Origin: a virus
Reading direction: 5' to 3' (one strand)
Length of the DNA stretch: 64,000 nt
Virus record (IMG/VR): IMGVR_UViG_3300010381_000012
Shown: piece after piece, positions 63,323-64,000 of the stretch
Layout: every line of letters begins with the position of its first letter
How positions within the stretch are numbered: the stretch's first letter is position 1
Made by a program: the position numbers and the translations under genes
Notes under the pieces: generated by a model
What the model saw: only the letters and a program-made list of their open reading frames with translations
What the model was told of the DNA's origin: nothing
Database searches by the model: none

Positions 63323-64000
63323 ATGCAGCGTATACGATCCAGGCAAGCGCCGTATGCCAACCTACAGCGTCCGTGGCAACTTCGCATGAGTTTTGGAGAA
63401 GCAGGCGGTAATCTACAAGGGTTATTTTCGCTCTACCGCAGCCAGGGCGATGTTATGATTTCGTCGGCCACAAATATCCCCACGACGCTTGATGGCCCTA
63501 TCCAAATGGTCCGCTACGGATCGCTAACGGTTAACTCAGTGCTATCCGCATCTAATCGATGTAGAGGTTTGATTGTGCTGTGCGAGTCCCTTGCAATCGG
63601 GGCATCGTGCGGCATCCACACGGACGGTCTGGGGGCTGTCGGATCATCCACATGGATAACGCAGGATATCACAATCCCATCGTTTGCTGTTATTTCTGGA
63701 AAGGTAACACCAGCTCAAAAATTTTTGGCGTGGATACGCGATACGGGCTTTGCAATTTTTGATCCTACGCTTTTCGCCCTATCCCCGCCATCCATGGGAG
63801 ATATCCAGACAGATTATGCCGATTGGCCCGGGCGCGGCACGGCCATCATGACAGCCACGGGACGCGGATCACGTGGCTCGCGATATAGCGCGCTCAGCGG
63901 TCAATCTAATGGCAACCCCGGAGGCGCCGGGACTAATGCCCCAGCCGGGGGCGGATGCGGCGGCATGTATTTGTCATCCAATGGTTTTGCCGCTTCAGGA
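63323..64000 (+). CDS. Gly-rich tail fibre-like protein (partial, runs off window)
   Basis: Open frame MQRIRSRQ...GNPGGAGTNAPAGGGCGG to window end. Confidence 0.65.
   Translation, partial: MQRIRSRQAPYANLQRPWQLRMSFGEAGGNLQGLFSLYRSQGDVMISSATNIPTTLDGPIQMVRYGSLTVNSVLSASNRCRGLIVLCESLAIGASCGIHTDGLGAVGSSTWITQDITIPSFAVISGKVTPAQKFLAWIRDTGFAIFDPTLFALSPPSMGDIQTDYADWPGRGTAIMTATGRGSRGSRYSALSGQSNGNPGGAGTNAPAGGGCGGMYLSSNGFAASG

Larger units (their letters stand above)
598..64000. mobile_element. Temperate siphovirus-like prophage integrated at the ssrA 3' end (attR not in window)
   Basis: Tyrosine integrase immediately after tmRNA, followed by lysogeny, replication, lysis, packaging, head and tail modules. 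Confidence 0.95.

Noticed and set aside
560-64000. attR duplicate of the tmRNA 3' end, CRISPR array, cas genes, reverse transcriptase/DGR, IS elements
   Set aside because: None found by eye; the prophage continues past the window end.

Overview
Nearly the whole window (about 598-64000) is one large temperate, siphovirus-type prophage integrated at the 3' end of a tmRNA gene (241-597, tag ANDYDYALAA). Its right end lies beyond the window. The host looks like a Desulfovibrionaceae member, inferred from the tag, the MucR type and the GC-rich codon usage. Gene order: P4-like integrase and AlpA excisionase; a leftward early operon (Lar-like protein, UvrD helicase, split Rad50/SMC-like ATPase, putative annealase); a structured non-coding leader; cI/cro/cII immunity region; replication; MucR, VRR-NUC and Mor/C activator; an unusual lysis cassette containing a patatin; two basic micropeptides with PAPS-reductase-like and ParB-like genes; terminase, portal and MuF; an antisense accessory block; head, neck and tail tube; a second antisense accessory block; then tape measure and tail tip. 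The most notable signal is a solitary type I-C CRISPR-repeat-like hairpin (46433-46473) exactly 34 nt upstream of an HTH gene in a self-promoted accessory operon. A second, weaker repeat-like hairpin (37402-37444) sits in a sister operon that shares the same 5' leader. Bases 1-240 are a TauD fragment fused directly to the tmRNA 5' end, which suggests an artificial or chimeric junction. All calls come from reading the sequence by eye; no database searches were run.
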